From Octopus sinensis (lineage: Eukaryota), in NCBI RefSeq assembly GCF_006345805.1, contig NW_021824838.1, positions 2,721 to 66,720 on the forward strand: a stretch of 64,000 nucleotides of DNA, written 5' to 3'. A program made the translations under genes and the position numbers. How positions within the stretch are numbered: position 1 is the first letter of the stretch; each line of letters begins with the position of its first letter. Below are positions 1 through 13,411 of this stretch, one piece after another. Under the pieces are notes generated by a model. The model had not been told where the DNA came from, did not search any database, and worked only from the letters and a program-made list of their open reading frames with translations.

Positions 1-27
1 ACTCAACCCGGGACTTACATATATATA

Positions 28-58
<31 letters not shown>

Positions 59-606
59 CATATTCATGTACATATATATATATCTTACTTCCCAACCACA
101 TGGTTCGACGTTCAGTCCCACTGCGTGGCACCTTGGGCAAGTTTCTTCTACTATAGTTTGGAATGACTTCGATCACAGGTCAGTTCGATCAGTCAATACT
201 TAGGCCATGCTGGAGCACAAGTTTCACCAAGAGTTATAACAGATTATTCACAGCAGGACGGTTGAAAATCTGATCTTTGAAAGCAAGTGGTGAATGCAAA
301 GGACACTTTCTTAAACGGCCTAGAAATTCGGCCATTGTAACGTTTGAATTTTTTACTGAAACATTTGTATTGTATTGTTATGAACAATAATGGCGAACAG
401 AGAATAGATGAATAAATAAATATCAGTGAAATATGTTTTATTGGGGTAATTCTTAAACTTGTTTTAGTCAAAAGAAAAAAGAAAGACAACAAAGAAAACA
501 AAGAGATTGTTTTGCTCTATGACGGTATCGTTGAGGCGTTCATGTGTACAAACGCATACATAAATGTATACTAATACCACACACACACAAGCATAGGCAT
601 ATATGT

Positions 607-855
607 GGAGGCGCGTGGCTTGGTGGTTAGAGTGTCAGCGCCATGATCGTAAGATTCTGGTTTCAATTCCTGGACCAGGCGACGTGTTGTGTTCTTGAGC
701 AAAACACTTCATTTCACGTTGCTCCAGTCCACTCAGCTGGCAAAAATGAGTAACGCTGCGATGGACTGGAGTTCCGTCCAGCTGGGGAACACATACGCCA
801 TTGAAACCGGAAAACCGGACCCATGAGCCTGGCTAGGCTTTAAAAGGGCGCAGTT
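607..855 (+). mobile_element. SINE-D: tRNA-derived, CORE-like SINE
   Basis: A-box tggcttggtgg, B-box ggtttcaattcc, then gtgttcttgagcaaaacacttcatttcacgttgctccagtccactcagctgg. Related copies near 44507 and 55184. Confidence 0.7.
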
Positions 856-3800
856 ATTTTTTATTTTATACACATATATGTATAAATACTTAAACAGGAA
901 GCAAGAGCCCCACTCCCACCGTGTGTTTGGGTTTCTCTTCTGTACCCTTTTATGGTTACGTAGCGAGCTGCACTGCACGGATCTGCCCTTCTTTGTTCCT
1001 TCTGTCGCGATGTGGGTTCATCTGGTATCTCAGACAAAAAGTTTGTCCTGGCGTTTTTGGAAGACCTCACATCTGCACCTTGCAAATCTGTGAGGCTGTT
1101 TGGCAGAATGTTGAATAGTTGTGGACCCTAGAAACCCAAGCTGTTATAGTATAGGGTCCTTATTCCAGATGGAGAAAATGGGAATATTTGGTACACTACA
1201 GTGCCGTCCAGTTCGATGGTTAGTGTAGCTTTCAATTCCAAAAGTTGGGATCTACATCTTCCAGGATCTTCCATATATATATTTGCGAGTCTATTTTATC
1301 GTTCTCTGCTTGCGGATCGTTAAGCTGCCCTTCATTGCAGAAAATAAGTTTAAAATGAACACCAACATCACAGGCACCTCCTTTCCGTTACCTCCACGCC
1401 TCCGCTTCCTCTCCGCCACGTACTTATAGACTCGGAGTGTTTCGTTTACGAGTATTTCTCCTCATACAATAACCTTGCTATATATATATAGACAGAATAT
1501 CCAAGAAATCGATAGACGAGATGGTATAAATTAACTTATTTGTTAGCTCCGGTCACTTCACATCTCGCCTGGTTTATGATATAACACGAGTCTTGCTGTG
1601 TGTCATATGAAAATATAGCGCAAGCTCTCATCAATAACCGTTTTTCATATCAGAATTGATTCCTCCCGCGCCTGAAAATATATAAATCTGAAATAAAAGT
1701 AAAGAAGAAAAATAATCAGATATGTGAAATTATTATGTAGTTTTAATTATAACATTATCTTTATTCTCTCAGATAATTTTGTTCTGATGCTGTTCTGCTG
1801 GCTGAAGCCTTATTACATAATTATATATATATGTATGTGTGTATGTATGTATATATGTACGTATGTATGTATGTATGTATGTATGTATGTATGTATGTAT
1901 GTATGTATGTATGTATATATATATGTGTGTGTGTATGTATGTATATATGTATATATGTATGTATGTATGTATGTATGTACACACATATATATATATACAT
2001 GCATATACAGATGTGTGTGTATGTACGTATACATACGCACACATACATAAATATATATATATATGTATATAATTACATATATAGGTATGTGTGTACGTGC
2101 GTGCAAGTGCGCGTGTATATGTGTTCGTATCAAATAATTCTTGTGATTCATAATTTCAAGAAAATTCTTTACCCCCACCCCCACCCATTGTTGCTAAGCG
2201 ATTGACAGGAAGTGAGAAAGATGGAAGGGAGGCTGGTTAAACCGGTTGACTAAGAGAAGAATGCGTGGGCGTCGGTGGGATGGCGCGACGGTCTCATGGC
2301 AGAAGGATCGGAGGAGTTCGAAAGAAAATAAGCTAAATATAGAGGGAGATGAGTAACGAAAAAAAAAAAAGGGGATAAGAGAAAAAGAAGGATAGAAGGA
2401 ATGGTAAGTAAGCAGTGCTGTTGAGTAAAAGAAAGGAAGAGTGGTTGGGGGGGGGGGACCGAAACAAAGGTAATAGCTTCACTTTTTGGCACAAAATATA
2501 TATATTTTGTGCCAATATAAATAAAAGAATAGCTGAAGGGTTTTCTTGTGAGATAATTTTGTAGGCCCCATGAATTTAAAAATCTTTGTTTGATGGGCCG
2601 TTAAAAACAAATGCCATCTCCAACATTGGTAGCTTTTTAAAGATGAGTTTTAAAATGTCTTCTCTCGGGGACGGAGTGGGAATTTCTGTAATGGAACAGT
2701 ACATGTCAAAAGGTTTCGGAGTGATCTCCACAAAAAACAGAGAGGTGGTTCCATGCTGCTTGTTCCTAATAGAATATAACTGTGTGGTCAAAGGGACCAA
2801 TGAGAGCGATGGGTAACACGTCTGTCTCTTTCTAGGGCGTTGGGGACATCGAAACGAAAGGGAGAAGTTATCCTGGAACCAAAGACCTTGACCGAATCCT
2901 TGTCAGTTGGTACCCGCTTAGATACACCAGAGGTTGGGGTGATATTGTCGACGAGTGTAGTCATTTGAACCTAGAGCAGTGACAATAATTCCTTTTGATT
3001 CAGAAGGTTGGTGCCACAGACGTATAAAGTGGTCGGCGTAGAAACCACACCAAAATAGACAACTGGAACCCGGTGCAGATCTTTAGCTTTCCAGACTCTG
3101 TGAAACTCCAATCCATGCCAGCATTGAAAAACGATGTTAAATGATGATTATAATGAAAAGTGTGAGCTTGAGCGAATGGTATATTTGGCGTTATGTGGTG
3201 ATTCTCAAATCAGAGAACTGCAATACTTTGAAAACTTACCAAATTTGATGTGAGTCTATCTACGACCATCTAAATATAAATTAGAATAAATATTTCCTTC
3301 TTTTGTTTTCACCAAAAACTGAAATCTCAAAATGTTAGCATTCAATCTCATCAATTAGTTTAGCTGCTGAACTGAAAGAAAATCTTATTGGCCTACTTAA
3401 GATCGTTGGATTGCTTCCAATTCCATAGACATTTTGCCGTTATGCAGTGACTATTGAGAACATGTGATCTCTAAAAGTCCAACAAAATTCCATTTTTTTT
3501 TTTTGCTTTTGTTGTGAATATTCTTAGAATCCATTCTTTCTGATCGTTCGCTCGCTGTTACTTTATTGGTTTTCCAATTTTTTGGCACAAGGCCAACAAT
3601 ACATCGACCCCAGTTTCCAACTCGTACTTATTTCATCAACCCCGAAAGGATTAGAGGCAAAGGACGGACGAAATGCTGCTAAATATTTTGTCCGGCATGC
3701 TAACAATTCTACCAGTTCGCCGTCTTGATTGCTGTTGGTGTATTAACGATAATTATTAATAATGGCGCGTTGAGATAATGCGTCATTAAAAACTTTAATC

Positions 3801-4653
3801 GACAGACTTGTGTGCTCATATGTATGTGTGTTTGTGCATGTGTGTGAGTATTTGAGTGTGTGTGTGTATGTGTATAAGTCAATTTGTATGGGTGTGTATG
3901 ATTTCGTGTGTGTGTGCGTGTGTGTGTCTGATTGCAGAATTGCAATGAGATTGGTAATGATGATGACGATGATGATGATGATGATGATAATGAAGAGGAA
4001 AAAGAGAAAAAAGAAGGAAAAAGAGGATACAGGGAGAAGGGAGAAGAAGGAGAGGAAAGAAGATATAAGCAGCAGTAGCATCAGCAGCAGTAGTTTCAGT
4101 CTAAAACTCTGCTGGTCAGAACTTTAGAGATAAGTCCCAGGACAATACAGATCTAACAATCAACGACTTTATTGCTCAACATTCTCTCACTTCTCTCTTT
4201 CTTCTCTCCTTTCTCTCTCTTCTCTCTTCTCTTCTCCCCTTCCTCTCCCTCGCTTCTCTCTCTTCCTTCCTTCTCCACTCGCACGCTGTTTCTCTAACGT
4301 TCTTCTTCCATCTCTCTCTTCTCTCCTTCCTCTCTCTCTTCTCTCCTTCCTCTCTCTCTTCTCTCCTTCCTCTCTCTCTTCTCTCCTTCCTCTCTCTCTT
4401 CTCTCCTTCCTCTCTCTCTCTTCCTTCCTTCCTCTCTCTCTCTTCTTTCCTTCTCCGCTCGCACGCTGTTTCTCTAACGTTCTTCTTCCATCTCTTTCTT
4501 CCTTTTTTATTCCTCTCTCTCTTTCTCTCTCCCTCTCTCTCTACCTATCTTTATACACACACACATGTAATTTGGTATAAATGAATGTATATTGCCAGGC
4601 TAATATTTTCTGTCTCTCATTCCCCATCTGTGTGTCTCCTCTTCTTCCTCCTC

Positions 4654-4690
<37 letters not shown>

Positions 4691-6084
4691 ACTCTCCTCA
4701 TTTCCGCCTCTCTTTCCCTTTCTCTCCCTCTCATGGTCTGATCTACTCTAATAAATTCGTTAGACTAATAATAACAACAACAACAACAACAACAACAACA
4801 TCAATACTTCTTGGTTCTTTCTTTCTCTCTTTCTCTTCACATCCGTCTCCCCACCCCCTCTTTCGTTTTCTGAACCAATGAATTATATGAATATGCAAAT
4901 ATATTTCCGATAAATTATTCCGAGTGGGAGCATGACAACGAACACTCCAGAAATATTTGCTCGTCTCTTGTCGTTGCCTAGCAACATAGGTCAGAGGTTA
5001 TCTATCTCTTATCTTAAAAGAAAGCCGAATCGACTTTTCTCAAAACTATTGACCCAACGACAACGGAACCTCTACGCAGTCACTCCATCTGCTAGAAACA
5101 ACAACCAAATCTCATTCAGATCACATAACTCTGTTGAGATGGAAGGGTGATGTCATTCAGAAGACCGAGGAATACCCTACCGGAAGTTGTCCCCTACAAC
5201 AATTTTTATTATTGGGCGCGAAATGCTGGGAAGAACAATAAAAAATGAAGAGGAAAACTACTTCCTGAGGTACAGTATTCCCTCGACTATCGCGGATGTT
5301 ACGTCCCAAAATCTCCCACAGAAATGATTAAAATCCTAGAAATATATATATATATATAGGGAGAGGGAGAGAGAGAGAACGTCCTTGGTACAGAATTATA
5401 TATTTGAAAAAAATGAAAAGAAATTGCCTTTCTGGTAAGTTTGCCACTTTAATAATTAAACGTTTATAAGTTATTAGGTGTTTTAATGACTTAGGAATAT
5501 CTAATTGTTTAAATAGAAAAATTATCAGGAAGGCTATTTCTATTCATTTGTTGAACTCGATCTATCTATCTATCTATCTATCTCTGTATGTATCTATCCA
5601 CACATAATTTATTACATAGATTTATAAGTACACACACACACACACACACACATACACCACACACACACACACCACACATAGAACCACATATTTCCATATA
5701 TGAAGTTATGTCACAACGAGCGCCAGTTTCCTGTATTGGCCGACTGCCACTTGAAAGCTTGAAGACAGAGGCTGCTCATTCCTTCCATGTCTCATTTGTA
5801 AGAAATGAAAACATACCACTAACCACACACACACACACACACACACACACATTCAATGTTCGTGTGTGCGCATTATTGAGTGACTCTGATTACTCTGAGT
5901 TCCTCCGCTCTTTGAGAGCAGCTGTTGCTAACCTGCCGTGTCTCGAGCTAGAATCACGCAAGGTTGCCAGATTAGTCGCCGACGATCCAACTTTGCAAAA
6001 TTCATACACACACACACACACACACACGCACACACACACACATATTTACTATAACAAATACACACTCACACATATGACGGGCTT

Positions 6085-6314
6085 ACTCTTTTACTCTTTT
6101 ACTTGTTTCAGTCATTTGACTGCGGCCATGCTGGAGCACCGCCTTTAATCGAGCAAATCGACCCCGGGGCTTATTCCTTTGTAAGCCCAGTACTTATTCT
6201 ATCGGTCTCTTTTGCCGAACCGCTAAGTGACGGGGACGTAAACACACCCGCATCGGTTGTCAAGCAATGCTAGGGGAATAAACACAGACACACAAACACA
6301 CACACACAAACACA

Positions 6315-6382
<68 letters not shown>

Positions 6383-6553
6383 CATATATACGACAGGCTT
6401 CTTTCAGTTTCCGTCTATCAAATCCACTCACAAGGCATTGGTCGGTCCGGGGCTATAGCAGAAGACACTTGCCCAAGATGCCACGCAGCGGGACTGAACC
6501 CGGAACCATGCGGTTGGTTAGCAAGCTACTTACCACACAGCCACTCCTGCGCC
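6085..6553 (-). mobile_element. SINE-B full copy with internal (TG)/(TA) microsatellite, nested in an older SINE-B
   Basis: Head ggcgcaggagtggctgtgtggtaag..ccgggttcagtccc; tail (taaaagag)n. The older copy is split at gacgggctt|tttcagtttcc (remainder 6554-6690). Confidence 0.8.
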
Positions 6554-7100
6554 TTTCAGTTTCCATCAAACAAATCCATCCGCAAAGCTTTGGTAGAAGA
6601 CACTCACCCAAAGTTGCACGCAGTAGGACTGAACCCGGAACCATGGGCTTGGGAAGGAAGCTTCTTACCACGCAGCCACCCCAGCGCCCATACACATACA
6701 TGAGAAGGAACATCTATGTGAATACGAGCGACAGTGAACATGCGAGCGTATATGTGTGTGTGCGCATGCGTGTGCATTTGCGTGGATGACTGAATAGTCT
6801 GATAACTGAAAAGTAAAAGCCGCCCCCTCCAAAAGCCCTGCTAAACATACTCGCTCCCAAATATCCCGTCCCACCACATTACATTTTTTTAATACTGACA
6901 GATCTCTCAATGGACCCACGTTCATTGAATGATCTTTCCGTATTAAAAAAAGGTGATGCCAGTCATGGGCAAAGTGCGGCCCGTGGAACTATCAAAATGG
7001 GACGCCTGACAATAAAATTGCATTGAATTCTTTAGTATTACGGCCCGCCTGCTGCTGATCCATGCATCATACGGCCCGCTTATCGAAAAACAGTTGCACT

Positions 7101-8069
7101 TGCCTCGTTTATACCTATTCCTTTACTACCCACAAGGGGCTAAACACAGAGGGGAAAAACAAGGACAGACAAACGGATTAAGTCGATTACATAGACCCCA
7201 GTGCGTAACTGGTACTTATTTAATCGACCCCGAAAGGATGAAAGGCAAAGTCGACCTCGGCGGAATTTGAACTCAGAACGTAACGGTAGACGAAATATCT
7301 ATTTCTTTACTACCCACAAGGGGCTAAACACAGAGAGGACAAACAAGGACAGACAAACGGATTAAGTCAATTATATCGACCCCAGTGCGTAACTGGTACT
7401 TATTTAATCGACCCCGAAGGATGAAAGGCAAAGTCGACCTCGGCGGAATTTGAACTCAGAACGTAGCGGCAGACGAAATACCTATTTCTTTACTACCCAC
7501 AGGGCTAAACACAGAGGGGACAAACAAGGACAGACAAACGGATTAAGTCGATTACATCGACCCCAGTGCGTAACTGGTACTTATTTAATCGACCCCGAAA
7601 GGATGAAAGACAAAGTCGACCTCGGCGGAATTTGAACTCAGAACGTAGCGGCGAACGAAATACCTATTTCTTTACTACCCACAAGGGGCTAAACATAGAG
7701 AGGACAGACAAACGGATTAAGTCGATTATATCGACCCCAGTGCATAACTGGTACTTATTTAATCGACCCCGAAAGGATGAAAGACAAAGTCGACCTCGGC
7801 GGAATTTGAACTCAGAACGTAGCGGCGGACGAAATACCTATTTCTTTACTACCCACAAGGGGCTAAACACAGGGAGGACAAACAAGGACAGACAAACGGA
7901 TTAAGTCGATTATATCGACTCCAGTGCGTAACTAGTACTTAATTTATCGACCCCGAAAGGATGAAAGGCAAAGTCGACCTCGGCGGAATTTGAACTCAGA
8001 ACGTAGCGGCGGACGAAATACGGCTACGCATTTCGCCCGGCGTGCTAACGTTTCTGCCTCGTTTATACC
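7101..8069 (-). mobile_element. SINE-A head-to-tail concatemer (5 units of about 174-184 bp plus one head) with 15-bp TSD
   Basis: Units start near 7111, 7295, 7478, 7660 and 7834; TSD tgcctcgtttatacc at 7101-7115 and 8055-8069. Confidence 0.85.
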
Positions 8070-8602
8070 GTCACCTCCGCCTCTACCACGTGTTTCTTTC
8101 CATGTTTTAAGTGATGCGCTCACCTACTGACATTTCTGACATGCTCTGAGAGGCGTTAATTGGCCTTATATATTAATTAACTCATCCTCTCGTAAGAATA
8201 ATAATTAGAGAACGCCAACTTACACGCACACACCCTCACACACACATACATACATACATACATACATACATACATACATACATACATACACACATACATA
8301 CATACATACATACATACATACATACATACATACATAAATATGGAAACGCAATGACCCAGTAGTTAGGGCAGCGGGATGGGTGGCGAACCTTGCTGTATTC
8401 TTTCACCACAACTTTCTCTCACTCTTTCTTCCTGTTTCTGTCGTACATGTAATACAAAGGGGCCAGCCTTGTCACACTCTGTGTCACGCTGACTCTCCCC
8501 GAGAACATACATACATACATACATACATACATACATACATACATACATACATACAGACATACATACATTACATACATACATACACACAAACATACAATCA
8601 TA

Positions 8603-8860
8603 CAGGGTGGTGCAAAAGTAGGTATACAGTTATGACTAAAAGAATACACGTACAATACTCATTTATTTCTATCAAAAAGATTAAAAGTTTTGATAAAAGT
8701 GCTATCAGTTAGGATAAATGTATTATGATTTGATGTCTTATGATTAATGGTATTGAGAATATCAAAAATGAGGCTAACTATTTTAATTTGCTAATAATTT
8801 TCATGAATTAAGTATCATAACGTTGATATGATACTGTATACCAACTTTTGAACCTCACTC
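8603..8860. mobile_element. Tc1/mariner-type MITE
   Basis: 28-bp imperfect TIRs cagggtggtgcaaaagtaggtatacagt / actgtataccaacttttgaacctcactc, flanked by TA on both sides. Confidence 0.7.
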
Positions 8861-8865
8861 TATAT

Positions 8866-8917
<52 letters not shown>

Positions 8918-8934
8918 CACGTACATACATACAT

Positions 8935-9122
8935 ATATGTGAATTAATGTAACTTCTTTTGTAGTCAATATTTCGGGGTTATGACCCCATTTTCAAGAAA
9001 TTGACAATGTTGCCGATGTGCGCTCACACACACGCGCATCGGCAACATCCGTCTATTTCTTGAAAATGGGGTCATAACCCCGAAATATTGAATTCAAAGG
9101 AAGTCTACATTAACTCACATAT
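8935..9122. repeat. About 190-bp palindrome / foldback hairpin
   Basis: 37-bp perfect arms 8965-9001 and 9055-9091, a 16-bp inner stem and degenerate outer arms. Confidence 0.85.
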
Positions 9123-9460
9123 TTGTTTTCTTGTGATTTATCTTGCATTTACTTCGTATTTCTTTGGCCTCAACCACGATCTTTTATACAATATATTCTA
9201 CACAATACTTCATAGTAATTATTCCATTACAATATATAATATATATATATATATATATAATATGTGTGTGTGCTGAACCGCCCTTTCTCCGCCCTATACT
9301 CTCGTATACACATACCAGCTTTTTTCCTGTCGCCGATTCCCATTCAGGCGGCCATCACATCCTGCGTTTGAAGTCAGAGTTTAGGCTTGAAGTCGACTTG
9401 AACATTACTCGGAGCTTACGTCATTTAATGTCGCTTTACCTTACCCTTTCCCTTTCTCTG

Positions 9461-9580
9461 CATAAATCCCCAACCCCACGCACACACTTGTTCCTTTGTT
9501 TTCTTCCTGTTCACACATATCGGATGATATAACGCGTTTGTTAAGGTCGTTTTACCAGTTCGCATGCAGGGAAAGTGAAG
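9461..9580 (+). promoter_or_regulatory. Candidate promoter / non-coding first exon of LOX-1
   Basis: CATAAA at 9461 and a consensus donor AAG|GTAAGT at 9581. There is an in-frame stop upstream and no in-frame ATG. LOX-1 exon 1 begins at a splice acceptor, so an upstream exon must exist; this location is only a guess. Confidence 0.25.
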
Positions 9581-10833
9581 GTAAGTAATTAAAAATAAAA
9601 TGTTAGTATTTTACGCTCAAACACACACCAGCCCCACGCATTTAGAATTATTGTTATCTAGGCACTGAGGACTTTGCTTGCGAGTAAACTACAGTGATGT
9701 ATGTTGTTGTTGTTTAGCTCAACAACCAGTGAGAGACCTACGATTAATAGTATTCCATCCGTGGCCATCTCGTCTTAGACAATTTTTAAAATCTCAAACT
9801 ATGTCACTCACTTCAAGAGATAGAGAGATAGGGATAGATAAATAGATAGATAGATAGATAGGGAGAGATAATTAGATAGATAGATAGGGAGAGATAGATA
9901 GATAGGGAGAGAGAGAGGGGGGGGGGCGGTAGAGTGTTTTCTCTCAGAGAACACATTTCGTTGCTGTTTTCTAACGGGTCATCGTAATCTACGCAGAAAC
10001 TGTCTTTTTCTTTGGTTTTATATATTTTAATTGGAACACAGAAAGAGATATTTGGCAAACCATACAGTGCTCTACATTTCTTTCCTTCCTTCCTTCTTTC
10101 TTCCTTTCTTTCTTTCCTTCTCTCTTTCTTTCTTTCTTTCTTTACGTAAGTATGTATGTATGTGCGTGTGTCTGTGTCTATGTATATGTTGGGTCTCTCA
10201 GTGTGTACACACACATTGAAGCAATTAAAGGCTAAGATAAACATCGGAAGAAAAAGATCTGATAAACAGGTGTGTTTATGAGTGGAATTTGCTTTTTCTG
10301 GTTCTAATACACTTAACGGGAGATTTTTTTCTTTTTTATGAGGTAAGACCAAATTATATTTCCGTTATATCTTGTATCGAATTCGCTTCGTTTATTCATT
10401 TGGGGCGTAAAACTCAGTGACACCGGCCTAAGTGCTTCACACACACACACACGCACGCGCGCGCGACGGGCTTCTTTCGGTTTCAGTTTACCAAATCCAT
10501 TCACAGGTTTGGTCGTCCCGAGGCTATATTAGAAGATATCAAAGATGCCACGCATACATACATACATACATACATACACATACATACATACATACATACA
10601 TATATAGTCATAATATATAGTGTACATTTAAACTCATAAGGAATCCACTAGTGGGATTCAACACGCTAGAAAGAACAGCTAGGTTCTATAACCACAAACA
10701 ATTAGGGATAAAATTCGACAGGAACGAAATGAAAAATAAAAACAATTTACCATCGAGTTCCTGGACCAATTGGTTTCTCTGACTTTAGTTTAGCAAGCAA
10801 ATAACATTTACTCGCGAGGTGAACATATATATA

Positions 10834-10885
<52 letters not shown>

Positions 10886-10896
10886 TATTATATATT

Positions 10897-11356
10897 CGAA
10901 ATTGTGAAGATGATCCGGTTCTTGACTGAAGATCGAAGGCTTCGAATGTTCCGTCCGTATTTTTTGTATCGTCTTCTAAATGTTTTGCGTTCTTGTCACA
11001 GTTTGTATTTTTTTTACATTTACATATATATATATGTAAATGTAAAAAGTGTTTGTGTGTATATATATAATTTTTATTTTACTTCAGTTATTGGGCTATG
11101 GCCATGCTGGGGCACAACCTCAAAGGTATCTAGCTGAACAAATCAACCCTTGTATTTATATTTATTTTTAAAGTCTGGTACATATTCTGTCAGACCCTTA
11201 AGCCGAACTGCTAAGTCACGGAGACATGAACAAACCAGCACCGGTTGTCAAGTGGTAGTGAGGGACACACATGCACACAGAAACTCATATATACATATAC
11301 ATATACACGCGCATACACACACACATACATATATATGTTTATGTATATGTATATGT

Positions 11357-11410
<54 letters not shown>

Positions 11411-11921
11411 ATATAATATATATATAATATATATATATCGAAATTGTGAAGAGATCCGGTTCTTGACTGAAGATCGAAGGCTTCGAATGTTCCGTCCGTA
11501 TTTTTTGTATCGTCTTCTAATGTTTTTGCGTTCTTGTCACATTTTGTATGTTTTTTACATTTACATATATATATATGTAAATGTAAAAAGTGTTTGTGTG
11601 TATATATAATAATTTTTATTTTACTTCAGTTATTGGGCTATGGCCATGCTGGGGCACAACCTCAAAGGTATCTAGCTGAACAAATCACCCTTGTATTTAT
11701 ATTTATTTTTAAAGTCTGGTACATATTCTGTCAGACCCTTACGCGAACTGCTAAGTCACGGAGACATGAACAAACCAGCACCGGTTGTCATGGTATTGAG
11801 GGACACACATGCACACAGAAACTCATATATACATACCATATACACGCGCATACACACACACATACATATATATGTTTATGTATATGTATATGTATTGTAA
11901 TAATATATTATATATATATAG

Positions 11922-11955
<34 letters not shown>

Positions 11956-11960
11956 TGCCT
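10897..11960 (+). repeat. About 542-bp direct tandem duplication (Penelope-like tail + SINE-B fragment + microsatellite)
   Basis: cgaaattgtgaaga at 10897 and 11439; the units are near-identical and differ mainly by 1-2 nt indels. Confidence 0.85.
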
Positions 11961-13411
11961 GACAGGCTTCCATATAGCTTCCGTCTATCACATTCGCTCG
12001 CAAGATATTTGTTGGCCCGGGGCCACAGTAGAAGCTTGCCGGGCTTGAACCTGAAACGATGTGGTTGCAAAGCAAGCACCTTAACCCCCCAACCTCCCAG
12101 CTGTGCCTACGCCTTTAGAAGGTACTAAATTACTCGATGTGATTTGTCATTTTTTCTTAACATAGTTATATGATTTGAGGGAGATTTTGCTGTTGTTTCT
12201 AGCATGTCGTGTGACCACATAAAGACTCTTTCAATTATTGTGTGTGTGTGTGTGTGTGTGTGTTATTAAGAAACATGAATGTAACGAACGATATTTTTAC
12301 AATCTTTCGCCAAGAATTCGAAGAATGTAGATTTTAAAACTTAACGATGTTCTTGAGGAGTTTTGGATAATTTCGTATTATTCAATAGGAAAGAATCTGA
12401 CGTTTCGGGACTGACTCTTCGTCAGCAAGAAAACCATTTATTAACTTGAAAACAAAAAAAAAAGGACTTAATTTAATTTTTAAAAAAATTGTGCAAAAGG
12501 CACTGGCGCGACTGTCCACTCAGTCCACTCAGCTGGCAAAAATCAGTTGTACCTTGTCACGCTGAATCTCCCTTAACGTTAAGGGTACACGTGTCTGTGG
12601 AATACTCAGCCACTTGCACGTTAATTTCACGAGCAGACCGTTCCGTTGATCGGATCAGCTTGAATACTCCTCGTTGTAACCGACGGAGGGCCAGTACCAT
12701 TATTGTGGAGTTCCCCGCTTGTTTCAAATAATGGCTGCTAACCCTCTTGTCTACTGTTGTTGGACATTAATTAATTTCAGCTGATCTTTAATTAAAATTA
12801 ATCGAGGGAAGCGTCTTTTAGTTCTTTTTTTTCATTTTATAATGTTAATTTAACCATTCCAGTTTATTTCTAACCTACCCTGTTATTACTTGTCTAGTGA
12901 CCACCCGATTAATAGCATCTATTTCCGGATGGTTTCTATTTTCTTAAGTTAGAATATCAGTCATTTTTTTTTATTTGGTTTGTCATTGGACTGCGGCCAT
13001 GCTGGGGTACAGCCACTTTTTTTATTGATTATTTTTGTTATATTATTGATATAGTCTCCAAATTCCGCCAAGCTTCATGCACACACACACACACACACGC
13101 GCACAACTGGAATGTGTGGTCACGCTGGACCACCGCCTTCAAGGGTATTCAATCGATTTTATCTGGTACTTACTTCAACAATCTCACTGGGTGCGAAAGA
13201 GGGATTACTTGGACAGATATGAATACCGAATGCAACAATTGTCACCCCCACTCACCCCCCACACATACACACACATGGCTGGCTTCTTTACAGTTTCCGT
13301 CTACTAAATTCTACTCACCGATTCTGGTCAATCCAAGGCTTTCGTAGACACTTGCTTAAGTATTTGTAACGACAGAATAAATACAGGCCAAGTGAGTGGC
13401 AGAAAATGTTG

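Noticed and set aside
6960-7107. hAT-like MITE (cagtcatgggcaaagtgcggcccg...)
   Set aside because: The left end resembles hAT termini, but the right TIR is poor and no 8-bp TSD was found.
7101-8069. CRISPR-like array
   Set aside because: The units are continuous SINE bodies of about 180 bp without unique spacers, in a eukaryotic context with no cas genes.
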